A stretch of 64,000 nt of DNA from an uncultured delta proteobacterium (lineage in GTDB: Bacteria > Desulfobacterota > Binatia > UBA9968). Under the pieces are notes generated by a model. That model saw only the letters and a program-made list of their open reading frames with translations. It did not search any database and was not told the DNA's origin. Below are positions 27,863-37,151 of the stretch, piece after piece. The position numbers were made by a program, and so were the translations under genes. The DNA lies in assembly GCA_963816145.1 (NCBI GenBank), contig CAWFJP010000013.1, forward strand, positions 32,001-96,000, written 5' to 3'. How positions within the stretch are numbered: the first letter of the stretch is position 1; every line of letters begins with the position of its first letter.

Positions 27863-28837
27863 TCACTTCTGATATTTCACGCGCGGATCGAGCCAGAGGT
27901 AGATCAAGTCGACGAGCAGATTCACCAGAACGACCAGCGCGGTAGTCATTAGAAAATTTCCCATCAAGACCGGATAGTCGCGTTTGACGATGGACTCGTA
28001 CATCAGCCGGCCGATGCCGGGCCAGCCGAAAACGGTTTCGACCAAGACCGAGCCGGTAAAAAGAAAACCGACATCGACACCGATGATGGTCACCACGGGC
28101 ATCAAGGCGTTGGGCACCATGTGGCGCGTGATGACATCTTTTTCATGCAATCCTTTGGCGCGGGCGACCGTTACGAAATCTTCGTAAGCCACTTCCAACA
28201 TGCTGCTGCGCATCATGCGCGCATTCACGGCCAGATGTCGGATCGCCAACGCGGTGAACGGTAGGGCGATGTGAGCGGCGCGGTCGAGCACGAGCGCCGT
28301 GCCGCTCAGATCGACGCCGATGGTTTTGATGCCTTGCGCCGGCAGCCAGCCGAGCTCGATCGCGAAGGCCGCCATCAGCATTTGACCGAACCAGAACGCG
28401 GGCACGCAATAGCCGAAGAGCGAAAAAGCGCTGATGGCATTATCCGCTAACGAGTAGGGTTTACGCGCGGATAGAATGCCCAAGAGAATTCCCACGGCGG
28501 CCGAGAAAACCAGTGCCGGCAGCATCAATTGCAGCGTTGCCGGCACGCGGTCCATGATGACGCTCAGCACCGGCTGGCGATAGTAAAAGGAAAAACCCAA
28601 ATCGCCGGAGAGTATATTTCTGACGTAGAGCAGCAGCTGAATATAAAGCGGCTGGTCGAGACCGAAAAGTTTTCGCATCGCGGCGAGATAGGCCTCGGGC
28701 GCGGGAAACTCGCCGACCAAGGCTTGAATCGGGTCGCCGGGGGCCAGGTGAATCAGGAAAAAATTAAAGACGATGACGCAAACCAGCAGCGGTAGGGCAT
28801 GGAGCAAGCGGCGCAGGACGAATGTGAGAATCGGCAT
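27863..28837 (-). CDS. Peptide/nickel ABC transporter permease (DppB-like)
   Basis: LAPGDP, GDLGFS, ARAKGL, VETVFGWPGIG, RDYPV, LDPRV. Confidence 0.93.
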   Translation of the reverse strand: MPILTFVLRRLLHALPLLVCVIVFNFFLIHLAPGDPIQALVGEFPAPEAYLAAMRKLFGLDQPLYIQLLLYVRNILSGDLGFSFYYRQPVLSVIMDRVPATLQLMLPALVFSAAVGILLGILSARKPYSLADNAISAFSLFGYCVPAFWFGQMLMAAFAIELGWLPAQGIKTIGVDLSGTALVLDRAAHIALPFTALAIRHLAVNARMMRSSMLEVAYEDFVTVARAKGLHEKDVITRHMVPNALMPVVTIIGVDVGFLFTGSVLVETVFGWPGIGRLMYESIVKRDYPVLMGNFLMTTALVVLVNLLVDLIYLWLDPRVKYQK

Positions 28838-28908
28838 TTGCGCTTCTCTAAACGCTCGCGCTTTCAGATTTCAAATTGCCAGACTCGAACTCGACGTTAA
28901 TTGGCCAA

Positions 28909-30570
28909 TTAGTCGCGCTCGAAGTCACCGTCTTTTAGCGCCGCGCCTTTGACCCACCAGATCTCGTCCATGCGCTCGTAGGTCTCGGTGCTGGTGAGGG
29001 CGCCGCGGAACTGATCTTTGATGATATTCAGTTGCAACCTGTCGGCGACAGGGATGGTCGGCAGATCGCGCATTAAAACATCTTGAACCTCATAGTAGGC
29101 TTTGACCATGTCGGGTTTCTTGGTCGCCGCCACCGCTTGGTCGAACAGCTGGTCGACCTTGGGATTACTGTAGCGCGTGAAGTTGGTGAAGGGCTGGCCG
29201 GTGATCGACGAGGTCGCATACAACCGCGCGGTGCCCAGGGCGGGATGGCCGCGGGTGGTGAGCGGGCCAAACCACAGATCGAAGTCGTATTTCTGAAAAA
29301 TCTTTTCCAACATCACCGAGCGCTCGAGCCGTTCAAGTTTAATGTCGATGCCGGCAGCCTTTAATTGCTCGCGCAAAATCTGCACCGGCCTCTCAGCGTT
29401 ATCGTTGCCCGCTTCAAAACTAAGCTTGAGAGCGAAACGTGTGCCGCCGGCGCCTCTCGGATGGCCCGCTTCATCGAGCAGGGCGTTGGCCTTTTTCAAA
29501 TCGAAGGGATACTTGGGCACGTTGGCGTTATAAGCCCAGGGGATGCCCGGCGGGATCACGCTGTCGATGACCTTGCCGACGCCGCGCAAGCCCTTTTCCA
29601 CCACGAATTTCTTGTCGATGGCATGGGCGATGGCGACGCGAACTTCTTTCTTGGCTAAAATCGGATCGCCTTTTAAATTAAAATTCACGCCGATCAGCGA
29701 CGGCGAGCCGATGTCTTTGATGACGGCGTTTTTCAGTTTCCTGAGCCGGTCGACATGCTGATACGGAAAAGAATTGCTCGCGAAGATCGCATTGATCTCG
29801 CCGGTCTCAAACGCGATGGCGCGAGTGGCCGGGTTGGGAATGATGCGATAAATCACGCTGTCCAAGAACGGCCGGCCTTTCTTGAAATAATTTTCATTGC
29901 GCACCAGCGTAATGTGGCTGCCTTTGTTCCATTCCTTAAATTTAAACGGCCCGCTGCCGATGGGCTGGTCATTGTTGCGTGGATTTTTAAACACGTCGCC
30001 GCCTTCGTAGATATGCTTGGGCATGATGCAGCCGTCGTGGGCGGTGAGGATTTCAAGAAATGGCGAATAAACTTTTTTGAGACTAACCTTCACCGTGGTC
30101 GCGTTGGGGGTCTCGATGGCTTTGATGTTACGGTACGCTTCGCGGCCGCGCGCGTTGTATTTGCCGACGAGGTTCTCGAAGCTGAATTTTACGTCGGCCG
30201 AGGTGAGCGGCTGGCCATCGTGCCATTTGACGTTGTCGCGCAGCTGAAAGGTGTAGACCAAGCCGTCCGGGGAAATGTCCCATGACTGGGCCAAGTCGGG
30301 ATGAGGATTCGATTCCTCATCCATGTGCAGCAAGCCGTTGTAAATGTTGGACGTTACCATGGCGACGATCTGGCTGCTCTCGATGCCGCAGTTGAGCGTC
30401 GACGGATCGGCGGCCATGCCCAGGATCAAGGTGCCGCCCCGGCGCGGGTTGCCTTCGACCGGACCCGCCGACGCGACGCCGTGGACGACGGCGAGCAACA
30501 GCGCCAAGAAACCAGCGAGCAATGAGTAGCGTCGTTTTTCCGGCAATTTTATGTTCATTAAAATTTCCAT
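28909..30570 (-). CDS. Family 5 ABC substrate-binding protein
   Basis: Sec-type signal; PRRGGTL, LRDNVKWHDG, PIGSGPFKF, YSNPKVD. Confidence 0.92.
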   Translation of the reverse strand: MEILMNIKLPEKRRYSLLAGFLALLLAVVHGVASAGPVEGNPRRGGTLILGMAADPSTLNCGIESSQIVAMVTSNIYNGLLHMDEESNPHPDLAQSWDISPDGLVYTFQLRDNVKWHDGQPLTSADVKFSFENLVGKYNARGREAYRNIKAIETPNATTVKVSLKKVYSPFLEILTAHDGCIMPKHIYEGGDVFKNPRNNDQPIGSGPFKFKEWNKGSHITLVRNENYFKKGRPFLDSVIYRIIPNPATRAIAFETGEINAIFASNSFPYQHVDRLRKLKNAVIKDIGSPSLIGVNFNLKGDPILAKKEVRVAIAHAIDKKFVVEKGLRGVGKVIDSVIPPGIPWAYNANVPKYPFDLKKANALLDEAGHPRGAGGTRFALKLSFEAGNDNAERPVQILREQLKAAGIDIKLERLERSVMLEKIFQKYDFDLWFGPLTTRGHPALGTARLYATSSITGQPFTNFTRYSNPKVDQLFDQAVAATKKPDMVKAYYEVQDVLMRDLPTIPVADRLQLNIIKDQFRGALTSTETYERMDEIWWVKGAALKDGDFERD

Positions 30571-30583
30571 CGTATCGCTCCGG

Positions 30584-31945
30584 CTAATAAGTAGAAATTT
30601 TGCGATCGTTACCGTTCATACAACTCATCAATGCGCCAACGTCGTCGACGTTTTCAAGCCGGTCAATCAATCCGGCCAGCTGTTCGGCGCGGCCGCGGCT
30701 TAACGCTAAGGTCGCGCAGTCGAAGAATTTGCCGTGAATCTCCGCCTTGGAGTGCAGCGTCGTGCGCTCGGCCACTTCGATAGTATGAACCGCGCCGTTC
30801 TTGAGTGTCACCGTGATGCGGTCGGGCGGTTCGGCTTGGCCCGGCTGCTGTTGGTTGGCGCGATGGCGGACTTTCGCCATGGCGGCACGCACGCGCGGAT
30901 CGTGAATGTTTTCGTCAGTGAATTGCTCAAGCGTGACCTTGCCGTCAAGTAAAGCGATGGCGAGGATGAACGGCATGCTATTCGGTCCGGCGATCGCTTC
31001 CTGGGGATCGGTGCGCGCCAGCGAGCGCTGATGAAAGTCGCTTTCGACGCTTTCGACCTCATCTACCGTGAAGCCATGTTGTTGGCGCAAGGCCAACAGC
31101 CCTTCGATGGGCCGGTGCGCCGGCGTGCAGGTTGGAAAGCGCTTGATCGGCGGCAGGTTTTCCATGTAAAAATATGTGCCCAAGTCTTTGGTCAGTGCAT
31201 CCCAGTCGCACTCGCCTTCGAGACAAAGCGCGCTGACAAAACCCATCGGCGCTTCGAGAATGGTCTGATCGGCGCTGAAGCCTTTTTGCGCCAGCAGCGC
31301 CGCGGTGACGCCGTTGCGCGCGGCGTTGCCGGTTTGCAGCGCCTTGGCCATGGTGCCGAAGTTGCGCCTGACGCCGCCGGCGCCGGACACGGCGATGCCG
31401 AACGCGGTCGTCATCTGTTTGGCATTTAAGCGCAAAACTTTCCCCGCTGCGGCAGCTGCGGCCAAGCTGCCGGTGGTCCCACCGGCGAACCAGCCGCGCG
31501 ACGTCGGGCCACCTTGGTTTTTGCGCCGACCGGCATCGAGCGCGGCGTCGAGGCGAAAACAGATATCGCGTCCGAGGATGTAGGCTTCCAAGAGCGTCGC
31601 GCCGCTGGCGCCATGGTCTTCGCCGCTGGCCAATGCCGCCGCAACGGTGTGGGTGCTACCGTGGATGTTATCGTCGAAGTCGAGGGCGAACGCGAGCGCG
31701 CCGTTGGCCCAAGCCGCGAGCGCCGGCTCGGTGCGGATTGGACTACCGATGACACCCGCTCTCGGTGCCGCCGCCGCTTCGCGCAAGTATTCAGTCAGAA
31801 TCCGCGCCACCGCTTGGCGCGAGGCGGCGAGGGTGACGCCTAAGACATCGAGGATAACCAGCTTCGAAATTTCCACCGCCTTGGGTGGAATGTCTTGCAG
31901 CCGGGTGTCGACGACAAATTGCGCGAGAGTTTCAGTCGGGCCCAT
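30584..31945 (-). CDS. MmgE/PrpD family protein
   Basis: ATG 31945 after AAGGA. LDVLGV, ALDFDDNIH, NFGTMAK, IKRFPTC...H. Confidence 0.9.
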   Translation of the reverse strand: MGPTETLAQFVVDTRLQDIPPKAVEISKLVILDVLGVTLAASRQAVARILTEYLREAAAAPRAGVIGSPIRTEPALAAWANGALAFALDFDDNIHGSTHTVAAALASGEDHGASGATLLEAYILGRDICFRLDAALDAGRRKNQGGPTSRGWFAGGTTGSLAAAAAAGKVLRLNAKQMTTAFGIAVSGAGGVRRNFGTMAKALQTGNAARNGVTAALLAQKGFSADQTILEAPMGFVSALCLEGECDWDALTKDLGTYFYMENLPPIKRFPTCTPAHRPIEGLLALRQQHGFTVDEVESVESDFHQRSLARTDPQEAIAGPNSMPFILAIALLDGKVTLEQFTDENIHDPRVRAAMAKVRHRANQQQPGQAEPPDRITVTLKNGAVHTIEVAERTTLHSKAEIHGKFFDCATLALSRGRAEQLAGLIDRLENVDDVGALMSCMNGNDRKISTY

Positions 31946-31980
31946 GGTTAGTGATCCTTTTGCATCGCATACGCTGCAAA

Positions 31981-32721
31981 TTAGGTGCTCGCCATCAAGC
32001 GGCCATATTGCGGCTTGGCCTGCCAGCAATTCAACAAATGCAAAACATGCCAAACGGTCGACACCTGGTTGGTCAACACCGGCTTGCCGAATTCGGCTTC
32101 GAGTTTGGTGATTACCGGCAGCGTCAGCCAAGCACCGCCGCCGATGTAGATGCCGTCGGCGTCGGGAAACTGTTCCAGCGCGCCGCGGCCGAGCTCATAG
32201 GCGAGGGCGATATTATCTTGGCTGTTGATCTTGACGAAGTCGGCGGGGGGCATGGCGCGGCTGTTGACGCCGATCATCGAGACGCCGCCAGCGGCGAAGA
32301 ATGCGCCGAGCGTCGCATTCATGGGCTCGGTCCATTTATTCGCCGCGGCAATTTTCTCGATGCCGAGGTGTTTTGCCGCGGCCACCACGTCGAGCACCGT
32401 GGAGGTCACCGGCACTTTGCCTTTCGCGGCAATGCGCGCGAGCAGGCGTTGTAAGAATTCCTGGCCGGCCAAGACCGGCAGCGGTACGCCGGATTGGACA
32501 ATGATGTCGACGCCGCGCTCGGTGAGCATGGCGACGAGCTGATCGATCGGTTCAAACACGCGTTCCACATCGGCGCGGCTGAATTCCTGCAAGCCGACCG
32601 AGATCGTCACCATCATGACGCCGTCGGGCACCAGCCGATAAAATTCATAGGCCGCGTTATCGATGATCGGCAGCGGGGAGAGGACGCCGATTTTTCGCTT
32701 GGGAACATATTCTTCAAACAT
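31981..32721 (-). CDS. Asp/Glu racemase - maleate isomerase/arylmalonate decarboxylase superfamily protein
   Basis: ATG 32721 after [37 protein letters not shown]. Canonical catalytic Cys residues not seen. Confidence 0.8.
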   Translation of the reverse strand: MFEEYVPKRKIGVLSPLPIIDNAAYEFYRLVPDGVMMVTISVGLQEFSRADVERVFEPIDQLVAMLTERGVDIIVQSGVPLPVLAGQEFLQRLLARIAAKGKVPVTSTVLDVVAAAKHLGIEKIAAANKWTEPMNATLGAFFAAGGVSMIGVNSRAMPPADFVKINSQDNIALAYELGRGALEQFPDADGIYIGGGAWLTLPVITKLEAEFGKPVLTNQVSTVWHVLHLLNCWQAKPQYGRLMAST

Positions 32722-32913
32722 GATCTGTTCCTCCACCGCGTCGCAGGCGGTCGTTCGCGAAAAGAGTTGCGTGATGCTTATCGGTCTGTTTACCTCAAAC
32801 GGTAACCCCCTGTCTACTTGTTGAACGTTACCCATAAGTTTCTGCTGGACTCGGTGGATGCGGGAGAATCAACGAATGGTGGTAAAGCTCTCAAGTCGCG
32901 GCGAGTTTTCCGG

Positions 32914-33043
32914 TCCCCCCCTCTTTGGAAAAGAGGGGCTAGGGGAGATTTTTTTCTTTTATGTGGCGCCACCGTCGCAGCGGATTGCCGGTCTGCTACG
33001 AACCCCTTCGCCGCACATAATATCCCCCTTTTCCAAAGGAGGA
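32914..33043. repeat. REP-like inverted doublet
   Basis: TCCCCCCCTCTTTGGAAAAGAGGGGCTAGGGGAGATTT (32914-) and a degenerate inverted copy ATCCCCCTTTTCCAAAGGAGG (33022-42). Confidence 0.6.
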
Positions 33044-33203
33044 ATCAGATCGCTAGCTATTTGCTTCATCAGCTCTATGTCCAGCCAACAGGTCTACTTG
33101 ACCGGGGACTGTCACTTCGACTAACGTTTGTCTGTTTCGGGAATATGGAAAAATTATCGACGCCGCAGGTCAACTGCGGCGCAAAGCTAATAAGGAGCGC
33201 GCA

Positions 33204-34892
33204 ATGTACGATCTCGTGATCACGGGCGGACGGATTTACGATGGCTCGGGGCTGCCGAGTCACCATGGCGATGTTGCCATCGCCGACGGCAAGATCGTCG
33301 AGACCGGACGTATCAACGGTAGCGCCAAGCGCACGCTGAACGTCGACGGGTTGGCGGTGGCGCCAGGCTTTATCGATCCGCACACGCATATGGACGCGCA
33401 GCTTTTCTGGGACCCGATGGGCACTTCGTCTTGTTTTCACGGCGTAACTTCGGTGGTGGTCGGCAATTGCGGTTTGAGCCTGGCGCCGGCGAAACCCGAG
33501 GACCGCGAGGCGGTGGTGAAAAGTTTCGTCCGTGTCGAGGCGATCAGCCGGCGCGTGCTCGAAGAGGGGATTCAATGGAAGTGGACATCAACCGCGGAAT
33601 ATTTGCGAGCTCTGGGCACGCGCCTGGGCATTAACGTCGGCGCGCTGGTCGGTCATATCGCCGTGCGCCATTACGTCATGGGCGAAGAAGCGGTCGAGCG
33701 CGCGGCGACGCCGGACGAGGTTACCAAAATGAAGCAGCTGGTGCGCCAGGGCATGGAAGCCGGCGCCGTGGGCTTCAGCACCAATCAGAATCCGCGCCAT
33801 ATCCGCGAAGACAAAAAGCCGGTGGCCAGCCGCCTATCTACGGATGAGGAATTAGGCTGTTTACTCGACGTTCTCGGTGAAATGAACACCGGTATCGTGC
33901 AGTTGAGCGGCGGCGGCACCGACGCCCGCGGGCGCATCGAATACGCCGCTGGGTTGGCGCGGCGCACCGGCCGGCCGGTGCTCTGGCAAAGCATCAGCCA
34001 TAGTTGGACGCGGCCCGATCATTGGCGCGGCATGCTCGAGTCGACGGCAAAAGTATTTCAAGAAGAGGGTTTGCCGATCTATGCCATGACCCAGGCCAAA
34101 CCGTTCGAGATGCGCTACAGCTTGCTCGACGCCCAATGCTTCGATGAATTTCCCACCTGGAAGACGGCGATGTTCAGCCCGGTGGAAGTGCGCAAGCAGA
34201 TGTTTGCCGACAGCGACTGCCGCAAGAAGCTGCATGCCGAAGCGATTGACGACAAATCGGCATCGGTGTTTCCGCGGCGCTGGGACGTGGTCAATGTCGA
34301 TCAGGTGAAGCTGGCGAAAAATAAATCCTTTGAACGGCAATCGGTCGAAGCGATCGCCAAGCTTCAAGGCAAAGACGGCTTGGATTGTTTCCTGGACTTA
34401 TCTCTGGAGGAAAATCTCGAAACCCGTTTCTCGCATATCACCACCCAGGGCGATCCCAAGGCGGTGTGCGAGATCCTCAAACATCCGGCGGTAGTGATCG
34501 GCCAGTCCGACGCCGGCGCGCATATGGGTTACGACGCCCGCTTCGGCTACTGCACGGCGTTCCTCGGCCGCTGGGTGCGCGATCACGGCATCATGAGCTT
34601 GGAAGAAGCGGTGTCGAAATTGACTTTCCGGGTCGCCTCGATCTTCGGCCTCAACGACCGCGGTTTGCTGCGGCCCGGCATGGCCGGCGATATCGCGGTC
34701 TTCGATCCCGCGACGATCAATACGCAGGAGCCGGAGTATGTCCAAGATTTGCCGGGCAATGAAACACGCATGATCCAGAAGGCCACTGGCGTGCCTTACA
34801 CAGTCGTGAACGGCACAGTGGTGATTGAGAACGGCGCGCCGACCGGCGAGCTCCCTGGAAAAGTGCTTAGGCCGACGGCGTGGAAAAACTAG
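33204..34892 (+). CDS. N-acyl-D-amino-acid deacylase family amidohydrolase
   Basis: PGFIDPHTHMD, HGVTSVVVGNCG, SDAGAH, DRGLLRPGMAGDIAVFD. AAGGAG RBS. Confidence 0.92.
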   Translation: MYDLVITGGRIYDGSGLPSHHGDVAIADGKIVETGRINGSAKRTLNVDGLAVAPGFIDPHTHMDAQLFWDPMGTSSCFHGVTSVVVGNCGLSLAPAKPEDREAVVKSFVRVEAISRRVLEEGIQWKWTSTAEYLRALGTRLGINVGALVGHIAVRHYVMGEEAVERAATPDEVTKMKQLVRQGMEAGAVGFSTNQNPRHIREDKKPVASRLSTDEELGCLLDVLGEMNTGIVQLSGGGTDARGRIEYAAGLARRTGRPVLWQSISHSWTRPDHWRGMLESTAKVFQEEGLPIYAMTQAKPFEMRYSLLDAQCFDEFPTWKTAMFSPVEVRKQMFADSDCRKKLHAEAIDDKSASVFPRRWDVVNVDQVKLAKNKSFERQSVEAIAKLQGKDGLDCFLDLSLEENLETRFSHITTQGDPKAVCEILKHPAVVIGQSDAGAHMGYDARFGYCTAFLGRWVRDHGIMSLEEAVSKLTFRVASIFGLNDRGLLRPGMAGDIAVFDPATINTQEPEYVQDLPGNETRMIQKATGVPYTVVNGTVVIENGAPTGELPGKVLRPTAWKN

Positions 34893-35036
34893 CAGGCTGC
34901 TAAAAAGACCATATACTTCGTTGCGCAATCGCCTCGCGTCAACGTACTGCCGATGTACGCCTCGCTCGTCGATATTTCGCGCGCCTCGCCTATGGATCTT
35001 TTTGAGCAGCCTGCAAGAGGCTTTTTCAGCAACCTG
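34889..35036. mobile_element. MITE-like element with IS5/IS1182-style ends
   Basis: GCAGGCTGCTAAAAAGACCATA (34892-913) inverted with TATGGATCTTTTTGAGCAGCCTGC (34991-35014); second right end TTTTTCAGCAACCTG (35022-36). Begins at the CTAG containing the stop codon of the upstream gene. Confidence 0.6.
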
Positions 35037-35070
35037 GTGTAGATTGGAATGATGGTGTGATGGAAAATTT

Positions 35071-35159
35071 GTTCAAACGTTCAAGGTTCAAAGGTTCAAC
35101 GTTCTGGCATTCTTGTTTTTCTCCGTCCTTGAACTTTTGAACCCTTTGAACCTTGAACG
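35071..35159. repeat. GTTCAA(N1-2) tandem repeats in inverted arrangement
   Basis: GTTCAAAC-GTTCAAG-GTTCAAAG-GTTCAAC (35071-35100), then four TTGAAC units (35129-35158). Confidence 0.8.
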
Positions 35160-36138
35160 GGCGTCTGCCCAGACGCCCTTTTATCAGGGCAAGACGATCA
35201 CCGTTGTTGTCGGTTCGGCACCAGGCGGGCTTTACGATTTATGGGCGCGGCTGTTCGCTCGGACCATGGGGAAATATATTCCCGGCAACCCGACCATGTT
35301 GGTGCAAAACATGCCGGGCGGCGGTTCCATGATCGCGGCGAATTATCTTTACGGCATCGCCAAATCCGATGGACTGACCATCGGCATGTTTCAGACCCAC
35401 ATGTATCTCGAACAACTGATCGGCCGCCCGGAGGTCAAATACGACGTGCGCAAATTCAACTGGCTGGGCTCCCAGGAAAAAGGCCAGATGATGCTCTACA
35501 TCCGCGCCGACTCGCCGTATAAGTCAATTGACGACATCGTCAAGTCCAAAGACGTGCCCAAGTGCGGCGGCTCCGGCAGTTCCGATCAGACCGCGTTATT
35601 GACCCGTTTGATCGAAGAAACCGTCGGCGGCAAGTTTCAACGCATACTCGGCTACAAGGGCGGCGGCGACGTTGACCTAGCCATGGAGCGCGGCGAGGTG
35701 ATTTGCCGAGCGACAAGGATCACCGTCCATTTTAGCCGCGAGCCGTTTCTATCCTGGGAGAAAAAAGGTTTCGACCGCCATTTGCTTCAAGCCGGCAAGA
35801 AACGCGATGCTCGGCTGCCAGATGTGCCGACGATCTACGAATTCATGGACATGTACAAGACGCCGGACATTGGCCGCCGTTTGGCGCAGATATTCCTATC
35901 CGGCGATGATTTGGGCCGGCCGATGACGGCGCCGCCGGGCGTGCCGGCGGACCGGGTGAAAATCCTCCGCGAGGCCTATGCGCGAGCGCTCAAAGATTCA
36001 GATTTACTTGCCGAGGTCGACAGGCAAAGGTTGGACATGGAACCGTCCACCGGCGAAGAGATTCAAATTCTGCAAAGAGAATTGGTCGATCAAAAACGCG
36101 ATGTCATCGAGCGGGTTAAGAAGCTGCTCGAAAATTAG
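35113..36138 (+). CDS. Tripartite tricarboxylate transporter (Bug/TctC-like) substrate-binding protein; start uncertain or frameshifted
   Basis: FYQGKTITVVVGSAPGGLYD, VQNMPGGGS, GYKGG, PPGVPADRVKILR. No in-frame ATG upstream; ATG 35060 is out of frame. Confidence 0.88.
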   Translation: MFFSVLELLNPLNLERASAQTPFYQGKTITVVVGSAPGGLYDLWARLFARTMGKYIPGNPTMLVQNMPGGGSMIAANYLYGIAKSDGLTIGMFQTHMYLEQLIGRPEVKYDVRKFNWLGSQEKGQMMLYIRADSPYKSIDDIVKSKDVPKCGGSGSSDQTALLTRLIEETVGGKFQRILGYKGGGDVDLAMERGEVICRATRITVHFSREPFLSWEKKGFDRHLLQAGKKRDARLPDVPTIYEFMDMYKTPDIGRRLAQIFLSGDDLGRPMTAPPGVPADRVKILREAYARALKDSDLLAEVDRQRLDMEPSTGEEIQILQRELVDQKRDVIERVKKLLEN

Positions 36139-36166
36139 ATCAAACCGGGATTGACGATCTAGCAAC

Positions 36167-37144
36167 CTACTTTTTCGCCTTTTCGGCGAAGCTCCAATCG
36201 ACCACGGTTTGGGCTTTCGCGGTAATCTTTTCTTTTGCCCGGAAAGTTCCCACGGAAATCCATTCTTCAACCACCGAGTCAGGGACCGTGAGATCGGGAT
36301 TGTATTGTTCGCGATAGAGCGCGTAATAGCGCTCGGCAACCGGACGGTCGAGCTTTAAAAGTTTTTCCACCAAGCCGGCCCCGATCTCGCGCTGATTCTG
36401 CAAAAACAAGATTGCATTGCGCAACGCCCGCAGCATGCGTACGATTTCGTCGGGTTCTCGATCAATCTTTCGCTGGGACGTGCTGAGGCCGTTTATGGGA
36501 ATACGGACGAATTCGGCCATTTCCTTAACCGCGAGAAGCGTCTTAAAACCCTTTTGCTCGGCGCGGTACTCGAAGGGGCTATTAACCACAGTCGCATCGA
36601 TCGAACCGCCGATGAGCGCCGCGAAACGGGCGTCGGGACTGCCAGTGACCGAGAGCAGCGTCACGTCCTTGTTCGGATCAAGGCCGTTACGCACAAGCAT
36701 CTGATAGATCGCGAAGTCAGCAGAGCTGCCGAACGTATTGATCGCGATTTTCTTGCCTTTGAGAGCTTTTACGCTGTCGATGTCCGGCCGTGAAATAATC
36801 GCATAGCCGCTCGATCTTGCCGTCGTCGCTACGATCTTCACAGGCAGGCCTCGTGTTGCCGCGCCGGCGATGAACGGCAAAATAGTGACGTAATCGAGCT
36901 CGTGGGACATCAAAGCGTTGAGCATCAGGTTGGTGCCCTGAAACTGAATGTAGCGCGGCTTGAGTCCCTCTTTCTCGAAGAAACCCCGCTCCATCGCGAC
37001 ACGATCGGGCAGCGCGGTCCACGCCGAACCGCCGGTCCAACCGATGTTGAGTGCTTTGGGTTCGGCGCTCTGGGCGAAATTCGCCGCATTAGCGAGCCAT
37101 AGGACCGATAGGGCGAAAAAGAAAGAGCGCAGCTTTGGTTTCAT
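36167..37144 (-). CDS. NitT/TauT (NMT1/SsuA-type) ABC substrate-binding protein
   Basis: Signal peptide; GFFEKEGL, LKGKKIAI, GLDPNKDV. Confidence 0.88.
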   Translation of the reverse strand: MKPKLRSFFFALSVLWLANAANFAQSAEPKALNIGWTGGSAWTALPDRVAMERGFFEKEGLKPRYIQFQGTNLMLNALMSHELDYVTILPFIAGAATRGLPVKIVATTARSSGYAIISRPDIDSVKALKGKKIAINTFGSSADFAIYQMLVRNGLDPNKDVTLLSVTGSPDARFAALIGGSIDATVVNSPFEYRAEQKGFKTLLAVKEMAEFVRIPINGLSTSQRKIDREPDEIVRMLRALRNAILFLQNQREIGAGLVEKLLKLDRPVAERYYALYREQYNPDLTVPDSVVEEWISVGTFRAKEKITAKAQTVVDWSFAEKAKK

Positions 37145-37151
37145 GGTTTAA

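Noticed and set aside
27627-27866. 79-aa and 69-aa ORFs between the permease genes
   Set aside because: No recognisable domain; the region is better explained by the inverted-repeat element.
28862-28895. Weak heptamer-like run TTTCAGA TTTCAAA TTGCCAG
   Set aside because: Too degenerate and short to call, though it may be a decayed member of the microsatellite family.
32818-33219. 133-aa and 88-aa ORFs in the divergent intergenic region
   Set aside because: Translations of a REP-like repeat and promoter DNA.
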